The translations under genes and the position numbers were made by a program. Positions 13,606 to 25,264 of a stretch of DNA of 64,000 nucleotides are shown here, piece after piece. Numbering within the stretch: the stretch's first letter is position 1; each line of letters starts with the position of its first letter. The notes beneath the pieces were generated by a model that searched no databases, was not told the origin of the DNA, and saw nothing but the letters and a program-made list of their open reading frames with translations. The stretch spans positions 916,654 through 980,653 of the forward strand of contig NW_015177022.1 of NCBI RefSeq assembly GCF_001447785.1, read 5' to 3'. Source of the stretch: Gekko japonicus. Taxonomy: Eukaryota.

Positions 13606-15411
13606 AGATATTTTGTGGTTTTCTCAGATTTTTCTCTCTCTCTGGATGAAAGCTAAATTTTTCAAGAAGTTACATTCCGCATTCATACGGATTGGCAGAA
13701 AATATACAGCCCTGATTTTCCTCTCCTCCCTTCCTTCCATATGTTTAAGAATGGCCCAGGCTGTAAGCTGGAGGGGTGTGTGTGCTTCATCCTGGACCAG
13801 CTACTGTAAAGCAGACAGAGGAAATGTATGACATCACCCATCTTTCTGTAAAAGGCCCTCTTCCAAAAGAGAATCCAGTTCATTTCCTCCCTTCAGTAGG
13901 TGAGCTTTTAATATGTTCCAGCAACCTTTCTTCTTATTTTTTTAAAAAAATTCTTCTGTTAGTTTCTCCCCTTTAGTAAACGGCCAGGAATTTAGTCATT
14001 CTAGCTAGTGAAATGTTTGTGTGTGTGTGTGCACGCTTCAACCATACCAGCTGAAGATCAGAAACCACTTACTCATGAGAAGTCCCACTGATACCAGGGT
14101 CAGTGGGAACTACACAGAAGAAGATGGTAGGTTCTAAATTGTGTCCACGTTTCCATTTGGTAAACAAATGGTCTTCCCCTCACAGAAAGATCTCAGTCTT
14201 CTTTTGCTGATGAAGGAAAACAGACAAAGATGTTGATGGAAAAGAGAAGTGAAGGGGGTGGTTATTTCTTGACTGTGAACTTTCTGTATGCAAGCCATGA
14301 AGCTCATTGTGTAACTATGATGCCCTGGTCCTCTTCCTTTCCTCAAAGGCAAGATTTTCCCTCCGGTTTTCTTTCCCTTTTGTGATTGAGCCACCCTCAT
14401 TGTCTGTTTTCTTCTTTCCTGAAGAATTCTGGCTGTCCCACACTGTCACAGTATAATATTTTGGCTGTTTGCTCAGCTTAGGAACCTGAGGGAAGGAATG
14501 GGAGCCCCCTTTAGCTTATATGACATTAATGGCACTTGAGGTGTTTTGAAATTCAAAGATAGCAAAAATATTTCATTTAACATAGAGGGGGGAAGTCAGG
14601 TGAAATCAGGGGCTGAAGTTTCTGAGGTAAAATCCAGGTAAAAGGCGCAGACTTTCGTTCTTATGTTTCAGGCTAATTAATAAGAATTTCTTAAGCTTTT
14701 CTCAGTGACTTAAATCTTTATGTTGAGAGGCTTTTACTCCATTGTTTTCCCAGACACTCTAGAGTACACTTTTGGTTTTCAGAAGGCTGGTATACTCTTA
14801 CCAGTACTCAACCCCCTTCTCTTGAAAAACCAATACTCTTCCTGAGTTTTTAACTGACTCTTAAAGTCTCTAAAAGCAGTTTCTAATCACATCAGATCAG
14901 GGATCTGTGTACTCTTCAGAGCTAACTCCCTGTTTGACTGGATAGGGAAATTCTCCTCTCACTAGAAGATCTATCCCCTTTCTTTGGCACAAATGGGAGG
15001 CTTCACCTACTTCCCAAACTTCCTTGCCAAGTGTTCCCCAGTTCTCCTCTCTGTGTTAAACTGTTCTCAGTCCTCAGTCAGGGCTGAATTCTGAAACTGT
15101 CAGTGCTTGACTCCTTTCAGCTAGGGCTGAAATTAGGCTGAAGTCTCCTCAACATCCAGTTCCAAGGTCTCTCTCTGTTCAGCTGATGCTAAGCAATGAA
15201 ATCTCTTGGAGCAGCCTGTCACTCAAGGCTCTCTGTTTCTGGGAAGAATTAGCCCTTCCCAGTCCTTTAGCTGTTTGTACAACATTTCTAAGCTTTTAAA
15301 AAGTGTAGTCAGTCACAGTGGCCTTAAGTCTAACCTACCTCACAGGGTTATTGTGAAGGTAAGATGAATTAGGAGGGGAACCAAGAATGCTGCCCTGGTT
15401 CAAATATTCAA

Positions 15412-15952
15412 AGGTCACATGTGCAAGATAATGCGCAGGGGAAGTGAGGCTATTTAACCCGGAGGAAATTGACCCACAGTTGCGTGATCACACAGTTCTT
15501 TGAAGCTGTGGGCATAGCCCGCCACTGCATGATCAGACGCAATCGCGGGTGAGTTGGGCTTTTTTTTGCTGTTTGTTTTCTGTTCGTTTAAATGGAGGAT
15601 CAATGAATCGCATCTCCACACTGAGGGCTTCCTACGGCAGTATGCGATGATGCGCACACTGAGAAGGGGGAAAAAACAACGGCACTGAGTTGGGATGGCC
15701 TCATCAGACCATCCCGATGCCATGAGAGCGCGCTGGAGCAATCACACAGGGGAAAGTCTGTCTGTGGCTCATAGCAACCCGTTTGATACTGGACTTTCCC
15801 TGGTATTTTTTTTAACTCCGCTTCTTTGGCGGAGTGAGACAGGTTGCCGACGGGTGCGAGACGCTTGCCAGATGTTCCCGTGTGATCGCGCCCTTAAAAT
15901 CCGCACAGCATTCATGCCCATCTCGCGGCTAATTCTATGTGTGATCGGGACC
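15412..15952. mobile_element. CpG-rich non-autonomous DNA transposon, PIF/Harbinger-like MITE
   Basis: Right end tgtgtgatcgggacc, repeated internal gtgtgatc/gatcacac motifs and CpG retention; left TIR degenerate. Confidence 0.5.
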
Positions 15953-17065
15953 AAAGAGATGTTTTGTGATTTACTCCCCTCCTTGATTCTCTTGTAAGAG
16001 GAACATTGTCAAGGTGCATATTTGTTATTTCCTTACTTGAAGAAATAAAAATTAATTTTAAAATAGACTTTCATGCTGCTGCTTTTAAATTAAGAAACAG
16101 AAGGCCCAAGCTTGGGTCTCCATCATCATGTCTGTTTCAGGAAAGAGGAAGATATTTTTCCCTCCATAAAACAAGCATTTTGTTCTACTACCTACTTTAA
16201 ACTCTGAATGTGAAAGCCAAGCTAGGGAGTAAGTATCTGGAATGAGAGGTCTGAATCCAAATGCCCCCCAATCCATCAATTTTAAAGCTCCTCATTTCTT
16301 CAAACTGTGTGCTACATTTATTTGGCCGGCATTTGGGAGCAAATATTAATGAAAAAGGGAAAGCAGTTTATGACTCTTTCAGTTCTTTCATTTCTCGCTA
16401 GAGGTCTCTGGAGTAAAAACTAATTATGAAAGTTCTTGATTTAATTTGGGGAGGAAAATTGGATGAACATTTTTTCTTCCTTCTCCAGGTCCCGTGTTAT
16501 TGTGCGGTGTCTAAAAATTAACTCTTAAACTTTCCTTTAGTAGCTACTTTGCCTTTCCACATCTTCAGAGGAGACACTTAAAACCTATGCAGAGAAAGAA
16601 GTGTGTGTTTGTGTGTGCATGGTATAGGTTGTGCAAGAGGTTAAGGAGACAAAATTTTATGAGTAGGTATTTCAACAGCTGTCCCAAGGGTCAAACTACA
16701 CATTAGACATAATTGTGTATAACTCTCCACTAATATCTTTTTCAATAAACAAAATGCATCTAAGGAAAGCTGCAGTCAGGAGCCAAGGATTGACAGGTGA
16801 TGAGCAGATGCTTAAAACTGTTTTCTTCTGGCCATTTTTTTTACTTAAAGTCATGTCCTCCCCCCAAGCTGCTTTCCCATTGAACAGTACCCATTTCCCC
16901 CCTAGCAATAAAAAAGCAGCTGGGGAGAGGGTGCTGTTTGGAGCAGGAGAAAGGCAGGCAAAGCAAGAGTTAAGCATCTCTTCTTTGCTGCCAACCTTTC
17001 CCTCTGATTTGCAGCCTCTCACTGGTGTGTTTTCTTTAATATATATAGGAAAGTTACAGAAGACT

Positions 17066-17287
17066 TGTTGTAGTGGTTAGAATGCTGGACTAGGAGCTGG
17101 AGGATGCAGGTTTGAATCCCCCAGTCTACTATGCAATCTTGTTGGGTGGCCTTGGGCCGGTCACGTAATCTCAGCCTAGCCTACTTTAACAAGGTGGTTG
17201 CTAGGATAAAATGGAGGAGGGGAGAATGATGGCGTCAGTGGCTTTGGGTCCCTGGGGGGAGAAAAGTGGGGTATAAATATCTAATAA
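17066..17287 (+). mobile_element. MIR/Squam3-like SINE
   Basis: tgtagtggttagaatgctggactagg...ggtttgaatcccc head; gggtataaatatctaataa tail. Confidence 0.75.
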
Positions 17288-17340
17288 GTTACACATAACT
17301 TGTACATGCTGTGTAGTTTGGCCATAACTATGGTGGTGTA

Positions 17341-17681
17341 CAGGGATCGTTTCGTAGAAAAAGAGCTAGGGGAACTCATTAGCATAACTCATTAGCATAT
17401 GCCACACCCCCTGACATCAGGGGCCCGGCGGTGGACCTGCAAGGCCAGCGGGAGTGCGAGGAAGCCCTGCCAAGGCCCTCCCTGGCCCCAGGCAGGCAGG
17501 GGTGGGGAGAGGCAGGGAGGAAGCAACTTACCCTCCCTCTTCTCCTGCCTCCTCCTGGCTGAATGAGGGCCGGAAGCAGGGTGGCCGGAAGCAGGGGGCG
17601 GGGCTTCATCATGTGCCCCGCCCCCCATACCTCACCCGGGGGAACTGTGATCCCCCGCGATCCCCCCCGAAATGACCTCTG
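17341..17681 (+). mobile_element. hAT-type MITE, caggggtcattt-TIR family
   Basis: TIRs cagggatcgtttcg / cgaaatgacctctg; perfect 8-bp TSD gtggtgta (17333-17340 and 17682-17689). Confidence 0.92.
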
Positions 17682-19781
17682 GTGGTGTATTCAGGAGAGT
17701 ATGGCATGGTTTACACGTCCCTAAATGATTACAGTGTTTAGTGCTGAGTTGCATGTGTGAATGTGCCCTCACAGATCCAAGGGTACAGGAGGAACTTTCC
17801 TGTCACTTTAAAGGTAATGCTTTTACAGTGACTTCTCCTCCATTTGCATAATTTATTTATTTACAGGGACTTTGCACACTCAGTGGGGAGTGATGTATAA
17901 ACTGGTCCTGAATGTAGCCAAGAGAAAGTTCATAGTAATTTTAAGGGGCAACCCTATGAGAAAGGATGGGGCCTATGTGTAACAATGTAGTTAGGCCCTG
18001 AGGGTGGGTAACTGTTGAATCTTTGCATTGGCAGTGAGTGACACACAATGTAGACACCCAGTAGAATTACTTGTCTTTCAGTTGAGGCCAGAACAGTAAA
18101 CCATGCAGGGATGTGGCAGGCAGACTCCATTCCTGGATGCGTGCTGTTTGAACTCTCAAGACTTCTGTGTAATTCCCTTTCTTGCAATGTCTCATGGCAC
18201 ATGGTTTGAGGAGGACTGATGTAGAGTGTCTCATATCACAGCAGAAAAATCCATTTTGTCTGAGAGGTCCTCCGTTCTGCTCCCCGCCCTTCTAGAACCC
18301 AGAAAGGGTGTGAAAATGCCAGCTGAACTCTTCCTCTGCCCGTCCCAGTCCACTTTGGGTGTCCCAAGGCAGATATTCTGCCAGACACGGTGCAATCAGT
18401 GAAACAGCAGGTGTGTTTTGATAGAGACATCAATTGGTGCCTTAAATTAAAAAAAAGAAAAGAATGAGCAATAACTGGTGCACTCTCTCCCCTCCCCCAT
18501 AAAGAAACCCACACTCTGTCATTCACCATAAAAAGGTGCCCACTGGGAAATTAATAATTGCCCTCAATGGAGAGCAAAGCATATGCTAGCTGCATTCCAG
18601 CCTTCTATCTTCACACAGGGAAAAAGGAAAGCTAAATTATAGAACTGTGCAGACGTTATTAAGTGTAATAGAATCATAGAACTGGAGAGATTCAAAGAGT
18701 GATCTAGTCCATTCTCTGTCAAAGCAGAGTATCCTTTTGTTATGTCCCTCCCTTCCTGGGATCAGGCATGCTACGAATTTTGCCATGAACACATCCAACA
18801 GCCAAACTTACCATCTACAAAGGTGTCACTCAGATGTGAGTCAAATACCAGTTCAGGTCAGTTCATGCCAAACAGCTGCAAACCCCTGGCAAACTGGTTT
18901 CATGGGATTTTTGCAAAACTGCCCATGTGCAAAGGTTTTTCATGTTCAAACTGATACACAGCCATTAGCATCAGCAAGAACTACTTAGATGAACACTGAC
19001 GGACAGGTTTTTATCGAAACCCAGCATTTATTTATGAATGGTTCGTGTGATTTGTGAGTTTGCTAAAAATAATTGCCTGCCAACCGAAGCGGTTATGCCG
19101 CAGAGATGGGGGGCAGGGTAGTGAAAGTTGACTGGGCTGTGTGAAAACACTGAACTGCATGGTCAGAAATGAATATGGTAANNNNNNNNNNNNNNNNNNN
19201 NNNNNNNNNNNNNNNNNNNNCAATTATCAATGAACTACAAAACCCATCACTGAAAATTCAGACCCCTGTTCGCGAATGCTGAAAAGGATGTGAGTCCAAC
19301 TGGCAAGCATTCAAGCATCCCTCATCAGGTAAGTAAAGTGCCTCAAACTGATTCAGGACATTAACCTGAATCTTTATTGCTGAGGTGACCTACAGCATTG
19401 TATTTCAATAAGGTATTTTCTCATTATACTGTCGAATGTTATTCACAAGTGTTGGATATTCAGCAGAGTAAAAGGATTGTAGCCACACGTGTGTATTTGT
19501 TTAAGAAAAAGACTTTACCTAAAAAAAAGGTAAAAGGTTTACATTGGAGATAAAATAACACATTTCCTGGCTAACTAACTCTAAACTCCATGTTGTCTAG
19601 TTGTTTGCTAAACCTCGTGTGCGTGAGAGGAAAGGAGATAGAAAGTTTATCTTCCTCTGGCTCTCCACTTTCAATTATGGCCCCATCTGGCTACTTCAAC
19701 TGCCGTATATCATGCTGAGGGGAGAGTGGGAGGTGCCCATCCCAGTGCCAAGTCACTTCCAGTATGGCTGTCAGTGCCTCT

Positions 19782-19965
19782 TAGGGTTGCCAAACTCCAT
19801 GTGGCATCTGGAGGTCTTCCAGAATTGCAGCTGCTCTTCAGACAACAGAGATTAGTTCCTCTGGAGGAAATGGTGGCTTTGGAGGGTGGACTCTGTGGTG
19901 TTATTGCCCATAAAGTCCCTTCCATCTTCAACCCAACCCATCTTCACTCCCAAATTTCCAGGAAT
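19782..19965. mobile_element. hAT Blackjack-like MITE (~215-bp family), partial
   Basis: tagggttgcca start and family body in reverse orientation. Confidence 0.65.
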
Positions 19966-20271
19966 CTCCTCTGGTCATGTCAATCACACTGTGGGGCTGA
20001 CGACTAGCCCCAGGTGGGCTCTGTCCCTCAAACATTTACCTAAACCTATTGTAGCAAATGCCTGCTCATGGGACTGGAGAATTTAGAGTGGAGTCTGTAA
20101 AGACTGCCATACCTGCAACTACTGTGTAGAGAACAGGGATGCTTCAAGGGATGTAGCTATATTTATTTGATGGTCTGAAAGAACATGATATGGCAGTAAG
20201 GCTGCCAACTCCAACTTGTGAAAGTCCTAGAGATTTGGGGGGGGGGTGCCTGGGATGCCAGAATTTGGGGC

Positions 20272-20913
20272 CTGGAGAGTTCTCAAATACATTCCATTTG
20301 AGATAAGAAAAAGGAGGAAACAGTACAAAAACCTGACATCCTTTTTACAGAAAAACTTCACTCCATACAGATGGATAACTCCAGAAGGGCTTATCTTCAA
20401 CTACAAAGAGAAAAAAGAAAAGATTGACTCTGTTACAAAAGCAAAGGCATCTTTGGAACAGCATCAAACAACAGCGAAAGGAAAAAGAAAAGCAGAGGAT
20501 AACAACGCAACAGAAGAAAACAGCGAACATGGATTGGGAAGCAGTAATAGTACCTCGGGCAGTCCCTCAGAAGATTCACAATCCGACAGCTCCTAAACTT
20601 CTTAAAGTCAGACTGACATGATTTAAAAATATGATAAATAGCTTAATACTGAAAGCCTGCTTTCTTTTCACTATAGGATGCACTTATTCTGACTAATCAT
20701 GTTTGTACTAGTTTTATCTTGAAATATTAATTACTAACCTTCATTCCTAAATCTTAAATGTGGGGAAAACATCAAGACTTGGGTACAATTTATGTACAAT
20801 TTCTGTAATATGATCCTTGCCTATCTTTGTATTTTAGGCTAGACTTTCCCCCATTCCCTACCCTTTGTAGTTTGCAGTGTAAAAGCAATTAAAAAGTTAT
20901 ATTAAAAAAGCAA
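20272..20913 (+). mobile_element. 5'-truncated L1-clade element: ORF1 C-terminus followed directly by a 3'UTR and A-rich tail (HAL1-like)
   Basis: VLKYIPFEIRKRRKQYKNLTSFLQKNFTPYRWITPEGLIFNYKEKKEKIDSV resembles the squamate L1 ORF1p C-terminal domain; stop at 20596; attaaa plus A-rich tail at ~20888-20913; sits inside a hAT MITE (20199-21010). Confidence 0.7.
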
Positions 20914-23900
20914 AGATGTGATGCTGGAAATGCCCACCCTCCAAATCTGCGAGAGAAGTGGTCTCAGTAGACTGAAGATCAGTTGAAATTCTGGGAGAAT
21001 TTCAGGTTGTTAACCATGAGCAGCCATACTGTGATGAGCAAGTGGTTAGCACAGCTTAAGTGACGTTTTTGCATCAATAGGATGATTTTCCTTATTGTCA
21101 GAGAGAGAGGAGGAGGGGAAAGATTACGTCTTTGCTATTGGCTGAACTGCTCAGATCCCAGAGAATGGTAGGTCTCTGGCACAAAGGCCTAGGAACTGGA
21201 AAGTGGGAGATGAGAGCCTAAGAATGCACAAGCCCCAGTGATACATAGGACAACTGGATCGTGTTTTGAGAGGCACAGTGGTCCAGATGAATGAGGAGGA
21301 AAGGAAAAGGCTACAGACAGAAGTCTGCCACGGAAGAGAAAATGTACATGATCAGTAAGTGATCAAGCATTGCTCTCCTGTTTTCTAATATCTGCCCTTA
21401 TTTTTGTCCACGGGGAACATTCCCTTAAAATATTTCAGTATGAATTGCTTTTGCCACCATTTCTCAGGATCCAGCTGTTATGGCATTTTCAGCAATATTC
21501 TTTATGGCAACTTTTCAATAGTTTTGCATCACTGTGAGTCTGTTGCCATCAAGCCTCCATTTCTTTGGCTTCCTTCTATCTTGGCAACTGAGACCTGCTC
21601 CTCTCTGCCAGTCATGCGTGGTCCAGAAAATGAATTTCAGGCTATCTCAGAGCCAGCGCCAGGAGACAGAGAGTGAGAGAGAGGAGGATCATGCATAATC
21701 TTGTGTAATCTTTTACTGGGAAAAACAGTGGTCCTGGAAAGAAGCAAACCTTTCCCCTAACCTTGAAACCATTAATCAGCATTTCTCAGTATGTAATCAA
21801 GAGTACTTTGGTACAAAGGACTGCAGCCTTCGCACTCAAGCCTCAGGAAGAACTAAAGCCCACATTAGCATTTCCTACAAAAAGTTGCTTGGTCCAGAGT
21901 CATTGGGATTTGGAGTCACTGGGATTTCCAGCCACAAACCCCAGATCAGTGAAGTAACTATGCTCACCTCCAACATTCCTCCTCCCTGTCCGATGAATTC
22001 CCCCTCCATTCTTTATTTGGAAATATTTCCAGGACCCCAGGCCTCTTTCATTTGCTCATCTTGCCCCTTCCTGATGTTCCAGAAGAGAAAAGAAAATTTA
22101 GAACGCAACTATTTGGCCCTATAACTGGAGCTAGAATTGCTCTCCCAAGTTGGCTTTGACCAACGATGCTGTCTTGTGAGCAGTAAGGTACCTTACTCTG
22201 ATCACCCTGTCATGTTTCTGTGACCGTCTTTGGAAATACAAGGAGCCTTTCCCGCCTTCTGCTCTTCCCTGGAGATTTATCTTTTGTATTATATTACTGC
22301 CTAAACGTTTGAACCCTCACCTAAGGATCAGATATTTTGCAAGACTTGCACAGATTAGGTAGATAACTTCTGCTTTGCATAACTTCTGCTTTGCCCCCTT
22401 GCTCTACCTCTTTGGCCTCTTGCTTTGTGTTTTTGAGAGAAATGCATTGCACTGAGTGGGCATTTTGAATATTTGTATCTTAACATGGGTGTTTTAGTGT
22501 TAACTACTGCATCCTTGTTTTATTGTGATCGCCTGAGTGTACTAATTATTCCCCTTAGTAAACTACCTGTCATTGAATTGTACTGAAGGTCTCAAGGCAT
22601 CTTCTGAACTTGCAGCAGGAACTGTGTCATTATGTGAATGATCCCTTTGTTTCCATATGCGTTTGTCACTGAGCAGACTGGGTGTATTTTTGTAGTTGGG
22701 TGTAAAGCCTAAGCCAACAGCTCCTTTTACCTAGGAGCAAGAGGCAGTGGAAGGAAGTGGTTAGCCTAGTGCTCAGGCTACTCTAGTGTCTATTTCCACA
22801 AAATTGGAAGGTGGCCCTCCTTCCCATAACATGTGCATAGAGTGCATATGTCTCCCTAACCATACACTGTAGCAATATCCTGCTTTTCAGGCAGTAGCCA
22901 GTTGCTATTGTTGTCTAAAGGATGCAGGAGAAACTAGCTCCCCAAAGAACAACCTAGTTATATGCAAGGAGGTCCCTATAGTAAATGAGTGGTTAGCCTG
23001 CTCTTGGCATATTGCCAAAATGACTATATTAACACATGGATGCAAGAGTTATAATAACGTCCAGTCAGATTCACAGAAAAAGGGTCTATTTTGTTATGGT
23101 GTAGAATAAAAAAGGGAAGGATGAGAAAATGTCATTAGCTTTCTTTAAAGCACAATAGACCTCTTTATTTATACATGATGTTACCCAAAATAGACAGTCT
23201 CCACTAGTTTGGGGGAGTTAGCTTGGAGATGGAGTGAGAGGTGAGTAACCAGAATCTCCATCTTTGTATTACGGGGATTTGTACCTATGAGAGCTCTCGG
23301 ATAAACAGGATAAAACAAAGGTGCACACAGAAAGAACTAACTCGGAAGAAACAGGGAGGAAAGGGGAAAGCATTGTAGAGATGGGTGATTATTATTATTT
23401 ATTATCATATGGCAATGGATGAGTGATAATTACTGATCTTGAAGAGGTCTGTAGAAGCAGCAAAATTGAAGAGGAAATGGTCAGCATTTGGGGAAGTGAG
23501 AGAGGACCCACATGCAAGGATGTGTGTGAGGGGGATCCTAGGGTGGCAGGGTGACATATTGATAGGGCAAAATGTATCCTGAGGCAGGCTGACTAATTGC
23601 CAGAGGACAATGCCTTGATTGTTCTACTGGAGGAGGACAAAAGTGTGGGAGAGGTTTGGTAGCCCTGCAAGCACCAGATGGGAAGGGAGATGGGGAAGGT
23701 GAATAGATTTAAGCATTGATTAATCACTGCTTAATCAAGGGTAATGGGTGAAGAGGAAGTTAGGCTTGGGTGTTGAAGGGATTATTCCTGAGTGAATCAA
23801 TAGGTCCTGGGTGACCCATTGTTCTAAGTCACGCAGCTCTCCAGGGCAAGAAGGGGGTAGAAGCCAGCCAGCCGCTCTGACTCGTGCCTTGAAACCCATT

Positions 23901-24664
23901 TCCCAGGCCTCTGCCTGACTGGCATCCATCTCGGTCCACTTTAGCCCAAGCAGTGTCCTACGCTTACGGTTTTAGGGTGATGTACAGAGGGCTGCTTTTG
24001 CCTTAAGCTGCCCCTCATCAGGTGAAGGGGTCCAACTGTTAACTATGGATGAGTATAAATTCATATGGATTGTATGTTTTCCCCCTTTCTCTATATGTAT
24101 ATTATTGTTTGCTCCTAATTATTTCCCCCCAAAAAATCAACCTAGAAATACCCCCTTTTTGTAATTAGTTTGCATAGCATAAATTTTCCTTGGACTCCAG
24201 ATAGGTTTGGTAAACAATTAGCTCCTTTAGTTCTCTAGAAGTCAAATCTCAGAGCTGGGGAGCGAAATCATTCTTTCTAGTGCCAATGTGTGCATAGGAA
24301 TGCTCAGGCAGTACACAGAGGGCCATTTCACATGCTGTAGCTGCTGAGTTGCACGTTGAACTGCTGATAACCTACCACGAGGCAATTATGTTTGTCTAAT
24401 ATCTCTTTAACCAAAAGCACAAACATCCTACTGACTTTTAAAGTGATGATGGAAGACAGGCAATTGTAGTGTAAATTAATGCAACATGTAGAGCTGGACT
24501 GCAGCCTGTAACGATGTGTCATAGAGGGGTGGAGGTGCTTGGGCCGTGGTCCACGATGTGACTGAAATGTTGGAGGCTGTGGCTTAGGAGCTGCAGAAGT
24601 GCGGAGATCTCATTGAGGTATGAAAGAACCAGGCAAACATTTGCTGCTGACCTCTAGTAGGAAG

Positions 24665-25002
24665 TATTTAATTATTTATTTACTTGCTTATTTTATTTAT
24701 AGTCTGCCTTTTTAACTGTAACTCAAGGTGGATTACAAAAACAGTGCAATGAATAAAAACAGTACCAGGCATTCCATACACGATGAAAACATTTGGATTA
24801 CAAAATGCAGAGAACATGAACAAGATATACAATACACAGTCCCACAAACTATAACCCCATTCCCTTTATGGAAGTACCCTCATGACCACTCATAAATGAC
24901 AACAATTATTTCCCCCTTATACAAAGTGCTCTCCTGAACGGATCCATTTCATGTGTTCTGCAGAACAATAGGCAGGCCATTCCACAAAGTGGGAGCCACA
25001 AC
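24665..25002 (-). mobile_element. L2 LINE 3' end
   Basis: (ttta)n tail, ctcaaggtggattaca terminus, and ccattccacaaagtgggagcc (APTLWNG on the minus strand). Confidence 0.6.
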
Positions 25003-25264
25003 AAGAAGAAGAGATTGGATTTATACCCCGCCCTTCCCTCGGAGTCTCAGAGTGGCTTACAGTCTCCTTCCCTTCCTCTCCCCACAACAGACACCCTGTG
25101 AGGTAGGTGGGGCTGAGAGAGCTCTTTTGAGGACTGCTCTTGAGAGAACAGCTCTGAGAGAACTGTGACTGACCCAAGGTCACCCAGCTGGCTGCATGCG
25201 GAGGAGTGGGGAATCAAACCTGGTTTTGCAGATTAGAGTCTGCTGCTCTTACCACTACACCAAA
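25003..25264 (-). mobile_element. Young Squam3-type SINE
   Basis: Closely similar to the 7816-8097 copy; aagaagaagagattggatttatacccc...accactacaccaaa. Confidence 0.9.

Noticed and set aside
14444-15317. Possible reverse-oriented solo LTR (TG...CA)
   Set aside because: The composition is LTR-like, but I found no matching TSD and the right end overlaps a SINE-like motif, so the boundaries are unsupported.
16468-16530. Strong splice acceptor ttttcttccttctccag
   Set aside because: All three frames hit stops within ~40 bp and there is no nearby donor, so an exon cannot be supported.
23092-23950. Possible reverse-oriented LTR
   Set aside because: A tgttatgg start and a tttatt signal are present, but I found no matching CA end or TSD.
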